A stretch of 35,286 nt of DNA, from NCBI RefSeq assembly GCF_001194135.2, contig NC_068982.1, positions 177,560,962 through 177,596,247 of the forward strand, in the 5' to 3' direction. Shown piece after piece: positions 21,828 through 33,715 of this stretch. The notes under the pieces are model-generated. The model saw only the letters and a list, made by a program, of their open reading frames with translations. It made no database searches and was not told where the DNA came from. Within the stretch, counting starts at the first letter, position 1; the number at the start of each line of letters is the position of its first letter. Position numbers and translations under genes: made by a program. This stretch comes from Octopus bimaculoides. Taxonomy: Eukaryota.

Positions 21828-22515
21828 ATGGGAAGGTGATTGCTGCAAAATACCTAATAGAGAAGAACAGTGAAACCTATAAAGCCCCAAGTAGTGACTG
21901 AAGATGTCGATTACGTCACATTTCTGTGGAACTTACTACACATGTCAGCAGTAGCTGTCCTAAAATGTCATTAAGTTGCTACCTTTTAATGTGGCTCAAT
22001 GTTGCTGCTAAAACAATAAACTATGTCATCGCATGAAAGGTGACCCTGTGATGAAGAAAATACTTCTGTTGTTGAACACATACCTATCAACAGAAGAAAT
22101 ATTAGCAGCAGAAACCCAGCGAATCTTGCACTGAGTACAGATATAAGAGGCGCCTTATATAGTTACTTGGGATTGTAAAGAACATTTATCTACCTTACAA
22201 ATATGAACATTTCTGTTTTTTAAACTTAATAAGAATTGAGAAAGTTTAAGGACAAATGTTTCGAAACCCATTGTTTCCTTACCCAAATTATAATTCACGT
22301 GTATGCTTATCAGTGCACTTGCCTATGTAAATAAAATCTTAGTGGCAATCTCGAAAAGTCAGGGTTTTAAGGGAAGTATGTGATCATTTAGCATTCACTT
22401 TAAAAATACAATCAGTAAGCGAAACAGTACAAAATTTTTCTATAATTCGATGCGTTACTTTTCAACGTGGTTTTTATCCGAGTTCCAATGATAAGGAATG
22501 CAACTATGTTTTAGA

Positions 22516-22550
<35 letters not shown>

Positions 22551-22603
22551 AAATCTAGAAAACATTATCATTATGATTAAAAAGAATGAATTAATTATTG
22601 TTA

Positions 22604-22683
22604 TTGCCCAAAGTGCCATACAGTTGGACTGAACCTTGGACCTTGTGGTTCTGACGCATTCTTCTTACTACGTAGTCACGCCT
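22604..22683 (-). mobile_element. tRNA-like head of a SINE-B relative
   Basis: TTGCCCAAAGTGCCATACAGTTGGACTGAACC..GTAGTCACGCCT. Confidence 0.6.
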
Positions 22684-22685
22684 AC

Positions 22686-23063
<378 letters not shown>

Positions 23064-23080
23064 TATTGTTATTATTATTA

Positions 23081-23112
<32 letters not shown>

Positions 23113-23113
23113 G

Positions 23114-23320
23114 AAGGCGGTGAGCTGGCACACTGGGCGAAATGCTTAGCGGCATTTCGTCTGTCTTTACGTTCTGAGTTCAAATACCTCTGGGTGTCGA
23201 CTTTGGGTTTCATCCTTTAGGGATCGATAAGGTAAGTATCATTTGTGTACTAGGGTCGATGTAATCGACTGTCCCCCTCACCCAATTACCGGGCCATGTT
23301 CCTATAGTAGAAAAGATTAT
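23114..23320 (+). mobile_element. SINE-A, tandem second copy with a short head deletion
   Basis: AAGGCGGTGAGCTGGC..GAGTTCAAATACC..CCTATAGTAGAAAAGATTATT. Confidence 0.9.
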
Positions 23321-23325
23321 TAATA

Positions 23326-23417
23326 TTTCGGGTTCGATGAAATAAGTACCTGTTGTGCACTGAGGTTGACGTAACCCAGTGACCACCCCTCCAAAAGTTT
23401 CAGGTCATGTGTGTATG

Positions 23418-23418
<1 letters not shown>
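23326..23418 (+). mobile_element. SINE-A 3' half (5'-truncated third copy), (AGT)n tail to about 23478
   Basis: TTTCGGGTTCGATGAAATAAGTACC..CACTGAGGTTGACGTAA..TTTCAGGTCATGTG. Confidence 0.7.
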
Positions 23419-23480
<62 letters not shown>

Positions 23481-24748
23481 CGTTCGAAAGTAGTTGGCAG
23501 TTCTATTTTGTTTTTAGTAATTTTAGTAACATAATATGAATTTGAAAACATGAAGTTAAATTGCAATTGTTAATATTTGATATATACACAATTTTATACA
23601 TGCAGTATCAATACTCTAAATTCATGAGATATTCGTTTGAGTTAAATTTCCTTTAACTTGAGTTAAATTTCCTTGCTAATTATATATTTTTTTATTATTT
23701 CTTTACATTTTAATTACGAGATAAATGGTGATGAATTTTCTCAAAAACTTGTAAAATGTTTGTATCATATTCAATAAGATATTTTAAAGCCAGGTAAAAA
23801 GGTGTAGATGTCTGTATGTGTGTGTGTTTTTATCTTATTCTAAATGTTAAGGCCGTTTAGACAAAAACAACTCAATACATTACAATATGATGTAAAACAT
23901 TTTAATAATACACAGATCATTTCTATCGGATTATCTGCAATTACTAAGTTACAGTTCACATTTCTAAGAATGTCNNNNNNNNNNNNNNNNNNNNNNNNNN
24001 NNNNNNNNNNNNNNNNNNNNNNNNNNNNNNNNNNNNNNNNNNNNNNNNNNNNNNNNNNNNNNNNNNNNNNNNNNNNNNNNNNNNNNNNNNNNNNNNNNNN
24101 NNNNNNNNNNNNNNNNNNNNNNNNNNNNNNNNNNNNNNNNNNNNNNNNNNNNNNNNNNNNNNNNNNNNNNNNNNNNNNNNNNNNNNNNNNNNNNNNNNNN
24201 NNNNNNNNNNNNNNNNNNNNNNNNNNNNNNNNNNNNNNNNNNNNNNNNNNNNNNNNNNNNNNNNNNNNNNNNNNNNNNNNNNNNNNNNNNNNNNNNNNNN
24301 NNNNNNNNNNNNNNNNNNNNNNNNNNNNNNNNNNNNNNNNNNNNNNNNNNNNNNNNNNNNNNNNNNNNNNNNNNNNNNNNNNNNNNNNNNNNNNNNNNNN
24401 NNNNNNNNNNNNNNNNNNNNNNNNNNNNNNNNNNNNNNNNNNNNNNNNNNNNNNNNNNNNNNNNNNNNNNNNNNNNNNNNNNNNNNNNNNNNNNNNNNNN
24501 NNNNNNNNNNNNNNNNNNNNNNNNNNNNNNNNNNNNNNNNNNNNNNNNNNNNNNNNNNNNNNNNNNNNNNNNNNNNNNNNNNNNNNNNNNNNNNNNNNNN
24601 NNNNNNNNNNNNNNNNNNNNNNNNNNNNNNNNNNNNNNNNNNNNNNNNNNNNNNNNNNNNNNNNNNNNNNNNNNNNNNNNNNNNNNNNNNNNNNNNNNNN
24701 NNNNNNNNNNNNNNNNNNNNNNNNNNNNNNNNNNNNNNNNNNNNNNNN

Positions 24749-24804
<56 letters not shown>

Positions 24805-24989
24805 GGTTAGATTAACGGATCAAGCTATAGAAAGATAGTAAGCTTCGGGAATAATTTTTTTTTATATTTTTTTTACGTCAAAGGTTGTAAATGTTTCCCG
24901 TATCGAAGTTCGATAAGCTGAAAAAATTGTTTTATTGGTTACGGTTAGCAGCAGGCGCTGCTGTGTATGCTAATAGAAATCCAAAATTA

Positions 24990-25117
24990 AGGAATGGAGT
25001 AGATAAAATCCAGGCTACATATGTTTCATAGCTGGCAGAACCTGGAAAGCGGTAATTATTCAAACGAGAGGTTATCTGCAAGCTACTCGTCGGGTCAAAA
25101 ATACATAAATCAAAAGA
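24990..25117. repeat. Degenerate partial copy of the MITE at 25764-25944
   Basis: ATCCAGGCTACATATGTTTCATAG..AAACGAGAGG..GCTACTCGTCGGG..AATCAAAAGA matches its centre and right arm. Confidence 0.75.
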
Positions 25118-25251
25118 TTTACATTGTCGTCAAGGGATCCCATTTTGACACGCAGGAGAATCAATTGGAAATGCGTAGAAGACATAGAAATTGAAAAAAA
25201 GGATAGTAGTGAAGCACTAATATAAGCGAGTGGAGTGGCTTATTTCTTCAC

Positions 25252-25452
25252 TATTCTCTTTACTTGTTTCAGTCATTTGATTGTGGCCATGCTGGAGCAC
25301 CGCCTTTAGTCGAGCAAATCGACCCCAGGACTTATCCTTTGGAAGCCTAGTACCTATTCTATCGCTCACTTTTGCCGAACCGCTAGGTTACGGGGACGTA
25401 AACACACCAGCATCGGTTGTCAAGCACTGGTGGAGGGACAAACACAGACACA

Positions 25453-25500
<48 letters not shown>

Positions 25501-25698
25501 NNNNNNNNNNNNNNNNNNNNATATATACATACATATATACGACGGGCTTCTTTCAGTTTCCGTCTACCAAATCCACTCACAAGGCTTTGGTCGAAGCTAT
25601 AGTAGAACACACTTGCCCAAGGTATCACGCAGTGGGACTGAACCCGGAACCATGTGGTTGGTGGGCAAGCTACTTACCACACGGCCACTCCTGCGCCT
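25252..25698 (-). mobile_element. SINE-B, full length, young-looking
   Basis: Complete head (rc AGGCGCAGGAGTGGCCGTGTGGTAAG..GGTTCCGGGTTCAGTCCC), internal (CA)n(TA)n spanning a gap, complete 3' end. Confidence 0.95.
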
Positions 25699-25763
25699 CT
25701 AATATACTTTTCTTCCCAACCTATATGCTTTCCACGCATTTGCAATCGAATCTCATGCAAATC

Positions 25764-25944
25764 AAACTTCTTTTGATTAAGGTATCTTTAGCCCGAGGAA
25801 TAGGTAGGGGATTAACCCTCGTTCAGATGATATGTAGCCTGATATCCAGGCTACATACGTTTCATAGATAGTAGTAATCATGCAAACGAGGGGTAATCCG
25901 CTAGCTACTCCTCGGGCTAAAGACACCTTAATCAAAAGAAATTT
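25764..25944. mobile_element. MITE-like foldback element with ~56-60-bp TIRs and an inner hairpin
   Basis: TTCTTTTGATTAAGGTATCTTTAGCCCGAGGA..CCCTCGTT pairs with AACGAGGGG..TCCTCGGGCTAAAGACACCTTAATCAAAAGAA; inner ATGTAGCCTG-ATATC-CAGGCTACAT. Confidence 0.8.
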
Positions 25945-25953
25945 ACATTTACA

Positions 25954-26117
25954 ACGAGTTTCCTTCAGTTTCCGTCTACCAAATGCAAGCACAAAGCTTT
26001 GGTTGGCTCGAGGCTATAGTAAAAGACACATGCCTAAGGTGCAGCGCAGCAAGACTGAACCTGGTACCATGTTGTTGGGAAACAAGTTTCTTACCACACA
26101 GCCATGTCTGCACCTAT
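25954..26117 (-). mobile_element. SINE-B 5' half
   Basis: CTTCAGTTTCCGTCTACCAAAT..CGAGGCTATAGTA..GACTGAACCTGG..TTACCACACAGCC..CACCTAT. Confidence 0.88.
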
Positions 26118-26179
26118 ACAGACAAAGGCAGAGTGGGGAGAGGGGAGTAATTAGATGCACAAACACATAGACACACACA

Positions 26180-26280
26180 CACACACACACACACACAGCA
26201 CCTCAAATACGATGAAATAATTAACATACCTTAAATACGATGAGATCATTAACACACCAGAAATACGATGAAATACCTTT
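26180..26280. repeat. Short minisatellite, 3 copies of a ~30-bp unit containing AAATACGATGA
   Basis: CACCTCAAATACGATGAAATAATTAACA / TACCTTAAATACGATGAGATCATTAACA / CACCAGAAATACGATGAAATA. Confidence 0.8.
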
Positions 26281-26506
26281 AAAAAATCCATGAAGGGATG
26301 CAGGTTTCATATAGAAAACGCCACAACGCCGGTTATAAAGTAAATAACACATGATTAGACTGACATGCCTAATGTAATTGCTACGTAAAAACTATGCGGA
26401 AACCAATCAGATATACAAATACATATATACATAGATACGGAAACACACACATATATTGCTAGTGAAAGCTGGTTTATAGTGTTATCCTGTGTTTCTTCCC
26501 ATTAAC

Positions 26507-26860
26507 GATACAGATACAAACAATGGGGATTATATCCCTTTGCTACTGGTCATTGGCTTACGGTTGTGTCGTCCTCCTTCAGCTACGCCACCTGTCGGCT
26601 ATGAGGGTAAAAGGTAGAACGTTATCTCCCACTCTCATCAGTAACCAATTTCCAGCTGTGGTGTAATTATCGCCATTATAAAAATAGCGGTATTACCGAT
26701 AATTACACCACAGCTGGAAATTGATTGCTGTTGAGAGTGGGAGATAACCCCCGACCTTTAACCCTCATAGCCGACAGGTGGCGTAGCTGAAGGAGGACGG
26801 CATAGCCAGAAGCCGATGACCAGCAGCAAAGGGAGATAATCCCCAATATTTGTATGTATC
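26507..26860. mobile_element. ~350-bp foldback/MITE-like element, arms about 160 bp, 24-nt spacer
   Basis: Exact complementary blocks such as GTCCTCCTTCAGCTACGCCACCTGTCGGCTATGAGGGT and AATTTCCAGCTGTGGTGTAATTATCG; spacer 26673-26696. Confidence 0.88.
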
Positions 26861-27796
26861 ATTTCCCCCTCCATATTTTAAAAAGGCCACAGGCTAACTG
26901 GTCTGAGGGTCTAAAGATACGCCATAAAGGTAAACTTTATAGCGAGAAACCCAATGTAACTCTATAAACCGTTATATATGCAGATATATATATATAGAGA
27001 GAGAAATATCGATGAATACGTATATGAGGGTCTATATTAGAGTACAAAGTATGTAGTTACGTTTCTATTACTAGGTCTCTTCAATGTTGACATGGATCAA
27101 ATTCGAAACCTCACCACAACCTAAATTGAAATCAATAAAATAAGTACCTGCCTGGAGAGAAAAAAAGAACTCCTTGAATCAAATGATCGGCGAAAACCTT
27201 TCAAGGTGACGACGTACCATAGTGTAACCGCAACCGGAAGAGTGTGGGAAATATGTATGTATGTATGTATGTATGTATGAATGCATGTATGCATATATAC
27301 ACATAGACACAGACACACACACACATATACATACATATATACATATATATGATGCATGTATTTGAGATTATGTATTAAATATGCAATACATTTGTACTTA
27401 GCTCTCATTCTCTGTCTCTTTCTCTTTCTCTCTCTCTCTCTCCCTCTCTCTCTCTCTCTCTCCCTCTCATATATATATAAATTGGAAATGGATTGATTTT
27501 GTATTAGACCTTTATTAGGTACAACACACCTTTTGACCCATCAGTCTGAGTCTCTTCGAGTACATTGCTAATGATGTCTCACTAAAAGCTTTTTAGAGTC
27601 GGTTGGCTTCTTGTTATATGCCCATCAAGTTAGGCAATGAATAAAATACTATTGCCCGTACTGCCATTGTGGAATAATTTCTGAAGTAGATCCAACGGAA
27701 GTGTACCACAGCTGTGGATGGCAACAAGTAGCCTAAACTCTGCCGGTGCTCTACTCAACATTTAAACTCACTAATCAACTTATACTTATTTGTCCA

Positions 27797-27853
<57 letters not shown>

Positions 27854-27897
27854 CATCATCATCACCATCATTATCATCATCATCATCATCATCATCA

Positions 27898-27959
<62 letters not shown>

Positions 27960-27965
27960 ATTATA
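27797..27965. repeat. (ATT)n-(ATC)n-(ATT)n microsatellite
   Basis: Direct reading. Confidence 0.98.
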
Positions 27966-27966
27966 T

Positions 27967-28151
27967 AAAGCAGCGAGCTGGCAGAATCGTTAGCACGCCG
28001 GGCGTAATGCCTAGTAGTATTTCGTCTGTCGCTACGCTCTGAGTTCAAATTCCGCCGAGGTTGACTTGGCTTTCGTCCTTTCGGAGTTGATAAATTAAGT
28101 ACCATTTGTAATACTCTCGGTAATTAGGCCTTATGCCTGTAATAAAGAATT
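27967..28151 (+). mobile_element. SINE-A with an internal 3' deletion
   Basis: AAAGCAGCGAGCTGGCAGAATCGTTAGCACGCCGGGCG..GAGTTCAAATTCCGCCGAGG. Confidence 0.92.
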
Positions 28152-28166
28152 AAGCTAGCAGACCAT

Positions 28167-28218
28167 GCTACTCCAGACTGATGAGCAATGACTCTGAAAC
28201 TAGTCTCTGGATACTAGC
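28167..28218 (+). ncRNA. Degenerate minimal type I hammerhead ribozyme motif (Penelope-like-element style)
   Basis: TCCAGA-CTGATGA-gcaatgactct-GAAA-CTA-GTC-TCTGGA: perfect 6-bp helix I (extendable by GCTA/TAGC), intact CUGAUGA and GAAA core, palindromic ACTAGT helix III, GUC cleavage triplet; helix II is mispaired. Confidence 0.55.
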
Positions 28219-28467
28219 TTTGCTGGGTGGAAGTGCTTATCTCCCCTCTTTGAAAACACAAGGACACGGAAAATGTGTCATGGTCAACTGGAAACGGTAT
28301 TTCCTGGGGCTAAATAGAAGTAGCATTTTTCCCTTTCCTGGGACTGACACATTAAGTTGGCAACAAACCATCACTTTATCATGCTGCCACTGTATAAATC
28401 TCTCTGAGACATTTGGAAACGTAATATTTCTAATTATGTATATAATATTTTGTATAATAGGCACAAT

Positions 28468-28690
28468 AGGTGTGTGGCTCCGTGGTAAGGGGTATTGCAT
28501 TCACTATCGCAATATCTTAGTCACGATTCCCAGACCGGTGAATCTATGTTCGTGAGCAAAACATTTCATTTCCAGTTGCTCCAGTCCATTCAACTGCCCA
28601 TGAGTAACCCCGAGACAGAATGGTATTTCGCTCATTGGATTGATGTTGGCCTACACACCAAGCCAGCGGCGTGACGTTATACTAAGGCTA
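28468..28690 (+). mobile_element. Old tRNA-derived SINE with a conserved-central-domain-like segment
   Basis: GTGTGGCTCCGTGGTAAG (A box), CACGATTCCCAGACCGG (B box, shared with family C), GAGCAAAACATTTCATTTCCAGTTGCTCCAGTCCATTCAACTG..ATGAGTA. Confidence 0.6.
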
Positions 28691-28796
28691 CAAAATGCGA
28701 AGTAACACATTCCGACCATTTGTGTAGAACAGTACCCGATAATCCGATCGATTCCATGATATTAGACATAAAACTATCATGTTTGTGTGTGTGTGG

Positions 28797-28849
28797 TTCT
28801 CTCTCTCTCTCTCTCTCTTTTTCTCTCTCTCTCTCTCTCTTTTTCTCTC

Positions 28850-28884
<35 letters not shown>

Positions 28885-28999
28885 TTTTCTCTCTCTCTCT
28901 CCCTCTCTCTCTCTNNNNNNNNNNNNNNNNNNNNNNNNNNNNNNNNNNNNNNNNNNNNNNNNNNNNNNNNNNNNNNNNNNNNNNNNNNNNNNNNNNNNN

Positions 29000-29092
<93 letters not shown>

Positions 29093-29108
29093 ATGTATGT
29101 ATGTATGA
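28797..29108. repeat. (CT)n - gap - (GT)n(TATG)n microsatellite block
   Basis: Direct reading. Confidence 0.95.
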
Positions 29109-30183
29109 TACGTCCGGCGAATTGCACGATGAGTGCTTCGCTGAACTAAATGTTCTATAGTGACCATTTTAAAAACACAGTAATGGTGCGTTGAATTATG
29201 TATTAATATGTATGTGTACATGTGTGTGTGTTTATACATATACATAGATATCTCTATCCATCTACATACATTTATGTGAGTAAGTAGATAGATAGATAGA
29301 TTCGGACATGAATATCTGTTCGCTGGTGTATTTGTTTTAGACGATGTGATTACAAAACACACGAAATTCAGCAGTGCAAAGGAACTTTGAGAGACCACAT
29401 TGTTTCTACCTTAATGTGTGCCTCCTCAGCCAAGCCGATGGTTCTAACATGAATACAGGGTCTTGTTTATAGAAATCAGCAAATAAACCATTTGCCGAGG
29501 CATGCTGATATCTGCCAAACAGATAGTAATTAATGATTTATGAGGTTAAAGCTGGTAATGAATAGATACGTTATTCTTTCGGATTTCTGCAATTTATCCG
29601 GTATCTGAAATGATGGTAGTTAGAAGTATGAAGGATTCCGAATTTTTTCGGATTTTCGAATGACTGTATATTTGCATCTGTAAAACTGGACATATTGGGA
29701 AGAGGATGCGGTGTTAGTTCAATTGCGTACTTATTACAGTACACCGTGGGCTTATTTCCTCTCTGAGAAAACATATCTGTGCCCGTTAGACTTTCATATC
29801 TCCTCCACAGCTACATGTAAACAAAACACTCGTCACTTTTGATTTTTACACTTATGTTTTATGCTCGTTTATACCTTTTCATTTTTAATAACCTTTCAAA
29901 ATTAATAATAAAAAAAAAAGAAAAAGTTTGATATAATTTGAACAAAACATTTTTCAATTGTTTGATATTGGTTCTCGAAAGTTGGAAAGCAGCAGTCGAT
30001 CAGGCGATAAGTAAATCAACCATACTTTCCTGAACAAATAGTAAAAATTAAGTCACTTGCTTCTCCGCTATTATCTAAACTTTGATAAGACGGAAACTAA
30101 TATAGTAGTGACATACATTGTGTACATACAAACCGTCATAACTCCGAATACTAGTATATATAAATTCCCGTGTGTGTGTATGT

Positions 30184-30216
<33 letters not shown>

Positions 30217-30317
30217 NNNNNNNNNNNNNNNNNNNNNNNNNNNNNNNNNNNNNNNNNNNNNNNNNNNNNNNNNNNNNNNNNNNNNNNNNNNNNNNNNNNN
30301 NNNNNNNNNNNNNNNNN

Positions 30318-30365
<48 letters not shown>

Positions 30366-30547
30366 GAGAGAGAGATAAACGTATAGTTTTAACTTTATTC
30401 TTGCAGTTTACTTCGGGGATTGCGGATTCAGAGAGACAGAATGATAGAGAGACAGAGATATAGATGGGCATTATGCATAGGGAAAATTGCATCGTATAAA
30501 TGCTTATACACGCGCGCACATGCACACGCACACAGACACATACACGT

Positions 30548-30599
<52 letters not shown>

Positions 30600-31863
30600 T
30601 AGGAATGCTTACATATATATATAAACATTATGTTGCCTAAAGATAGTTTGCAGAAGCTGAAAAATTGCTCTCAAACTATGATTGTAAAATATTTTTCAGT
30701 TGCGTATCTTCCATAGTTGTCTGAGTTGAGTGGTTATGCAGAGATACTAATTCGACAGAGTCGTGTTATGGTTATGCTGGCGCTATCAGTTTGTATTCTT
30801 GTCGATCCCTATGGCAGCCCCTGCCCGGTTTTCAGTATAGACGAGCATCACAGAAATCAGAATGTCAATGGCTATCTGTGACAGCCATTTTCCAGACATA
30901 GAAAGATGCCTTTTGCAAGCAAACGTTTTAGCCCAGCATTTTTTAGCCGGTTCATGAAGCTGATTGTGAAATCTTCTCCATTCCTCTTTTTTTTACAGTA
31001 TCGGAGAAAATCCTGAAATTTATTGCTAAGAGAAAATGAAATGATACGGCTCCATATATTTTCTGATAGGTCACAGATTTCATTGTAGCTCTACTCAAGC
31101 TAGACAGAATTCATTAGTAACATTTCCCAAAAATAACAATTTCTACCGTCTGAAGTAAAGGGAGATTGCCATATACAAATGTACAACAATCAATATCGGT
31201 GACAAAAATACTACCATTTACATAGAATGTTCTTTCGTGACTATTTTGCTGGCTATGTATGTTAGTATATGATATATATATACATACATACATACATACC
31301 TACATACATGCATACATACATACATACGTAATCATACAAACAAGCAAAATGTCAGCAATCCCTGTGCAAAATTGTAAGTCCAATAAGGCCTGCACGACAC
31401 CACATCGACCTTTTCTACACTACTGACATGATCTAAAGACAAGCCAAGGTAAGATATTTAGTGCCAATAAAATTCGCAAGCTCAGGAATGTGGAGACGCA
31501 ATAATCTCAAGCGCAGGCAGATGATACCCCAAATGACCACTGTCACTCCATGCACACCTGGTTTTATGTCAAAGTGACCTTCTCCTTGAGACATGGTTTA
31601 ACAAAAGCTAAGGAGTATCTCACTCCCAGTAATTGTCAAGCACGCTGGACTCCATCCCCAGGATTTCTGAGTGACTGTGCTATTGCTAGATAATCGTTGA
31701 AACTATACTGAGTTCATGCTTACATTTGACAGGTCCTGTTTTTGTTTTTTGTTTGTTTGTTTTTTGTCTTCACGAAGACAGCCTAGTTAAGATACTAGTT
31801 TCGTCGCCGACGACCTGACCATGTAACAGGTTGAACTGAATTCCATATTACCAGTAATACTCA

Positions 31864-31990
31864 TATGTATGTATGCAGGTACGTATGTATATTTGTATGT
31901 ATGTATGTATGTATGTATGTATGTATATATGTATGCATGTATTCATGTATGAATGTGCGTGTGTGTAGATTTCTATGTTTTATGTATGTA
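31864..31990. repeat. (TATG)n imperfect microsatellite, 3' flank of the RLE LINE
   Basis: Direct reading. Confidence 0.92.
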
Positions 31991-32433
31991 TTCTTATGCA
32001 TATAGTTGCATGTCTAGACATGCTCAGTTATACTTAAATGATAAACTTCTGGAAAGTTTTACAGATTTTAACAGTTCCTGTGATGGCTTCGATCTGTAGT
32101 ATTCGAGTCCGTTTTTTTTTCTTCTGGTTTTGAGAAGCCTAATTTCTCAAGACTGTTATTTAGTGTGTTACATATCCCGGTGCCCCAATAATTACAGGTA
32201 TAAACCTGAACTTGTAATCTGGATAGAGTAGCTGTAGATTCCTCAATAGTCTAGCGTACGTATTTTCTTTCTCGCTATTCTTTCGCTTTAGGTTAACATC
32301 CGATGGGCAGCTGATTTCCACAACTGTAGTTTTCCTTCTCTATCCCAAATTACTATGTCAGGTAATTACATTTACATTTTATTGAGGATTTCACTGGGGC
32401 ATTCCACCAATACTCCTTTTTATTATGAGTGGC
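31991..32433 (-). mobile_element. RLE-type non-LTR retrotransposon, 5'-truncated (endonuclease C-terminus plus short 3'UTR), distinct from the TAA-associated families
   Basis: ATHNKKEYWWNAPVKSSIKCKCN.PDIVIWDREGKL.TVVEISCPSDVNLKRKNSEKENTYARLLRNLQLLYPDYKFRFIPVIIGAPGYVTH..LEKLGFSKPE..TGTVK.CKTFQKFII* across frameshifts; stop at 32034-32036. Confidence 0.85.
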
Positions 32434-32583
32434 TATGTATGTACGTGCGCATGTATGTATGTATGTATGTATGTATGTATATGTGTGTGTTTGTATGCAT
32501 GTGAGAACGTATGTATGGACGCCTCTCTCTCTTTCTATCTCTCTCTATGCATATATATGATTATATATATAGAGAGAGAGAGT

Positions 32584-32790
32584 CTTTTATTCTTTTACTT
32601 GTTTCAGTCATTTGACTGCGGCCATGCTGGAGCACCGCCTTTAGTCGAACAAATAGACCCTAGGACTTATTCTTTGTAAGCCTAGTACTTATTCTATCAG
32701 TTTCTTTTGCCGAACTGCTAAGTTACGGGGAACGTAAGCATACCAACATCGGATGTCAAGCGATGGCTAGGGAAAAAGCACAGAACATAC
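32584..32790 (-). mobile_element. SINE-B 3' half (remainder lost in the gap)
   Basis: TTTTATTCTTTTACTTGTTTCAGTCATTTGACTGCGGCCATGCTGGAGCACCGCCTTTAGTCG. Confidence 0.92.
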
Positions 32791-33439
32791 ATAAATATAT
32801 ACATGCATATATATATATATATANNNNNNNNNNNNNNNNNNNNNNNNNNNNNNNNNNNNNNNNNNNNNNNNNNNNNNNNNNNNNNNNNNNNNNNNNNNNN
32901 NNNNNNNNNNNNNNNNNNNNNNNNNNNNNNNNNNNNNNNNNNNNNNNNNNNNNNNNNNNNNNNNNNNNNNNNNNNNNNNNNNNNNNNNNNNNNNNNNNNN
33001 NNNNNNNNNNNNNNNNNNNNNNNNNNNNNNNNNNNNNNNNNNNNNNNNNNNNNNNNNNNNNNNNNNNNNNNNNNNNNNNNNNNNNNNNNNNNNNNNNNNN
33101 NNNNNNNNNNNNNNNNNNNNNNNNNNNNNNNNNNNNNNNNNNNNNNNNNNNNNNNNNNNNNNNNNNNNNNNNNNNNNNNNNNNNNNNNNNNNNNNNNNNN
33201 NNNNNNNNNNNNNNNNNNNNNNNNNNNNNNNNNNNNNNNNNNNNNNNNNNNNNNNNNNNNNNNNNNNNNNNNNNNNNNNNNNNNNNNNNNNNNNNNNNNN
33301 NNNNNNNNNNNNNNNNNNNNNNNNNNNNNNNNNNNNNNNNNNNNNNNNNNNNNNNNNNNNNNNNNNNNNNNNNNNNNNNNNNNNNNNNNNNNNNNNNNNN
33401 NNNNNNNNNNNNNNNNNNNNNNNNNNNNNNNNNNNNNNN

Positions 33440-33503
<64 letters not shown>

Positions 33504-33715
33504 TTCCCCTCTTTCGTTTCCTCTCTCTTTCTATCATATTCTGTCTTGTTTCCTCCCCTTTTTCGTTTCCTCTCTCTTCCTTTCTCTATTCTCTTTATCT
33601 CCTCTTCTCTTCTTTTCGTTTTCCTCTCTCATTTTTCTTTTCCCCTCCCCTTCGCCGTTCTCTGTCTGTGCTTCTCTCTCTCCCTCACTCTTCCGCCTTT
33701 GCTCTCTCGTGGTTC
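33440..33715. repeat. (GT)n followed by pyrimidine-rich low-complexity tract
   Basis: Direct reading. Confidence 0.9.

Noticed and set aside
30972-31040. Strong splice-acceptor-like tract (TCTTCTCCATTCCTCTTTTTTTTACAG)
   Set aside because: All three downstream frames close within about 40 nt and no matching donor or protein similarity is visible.
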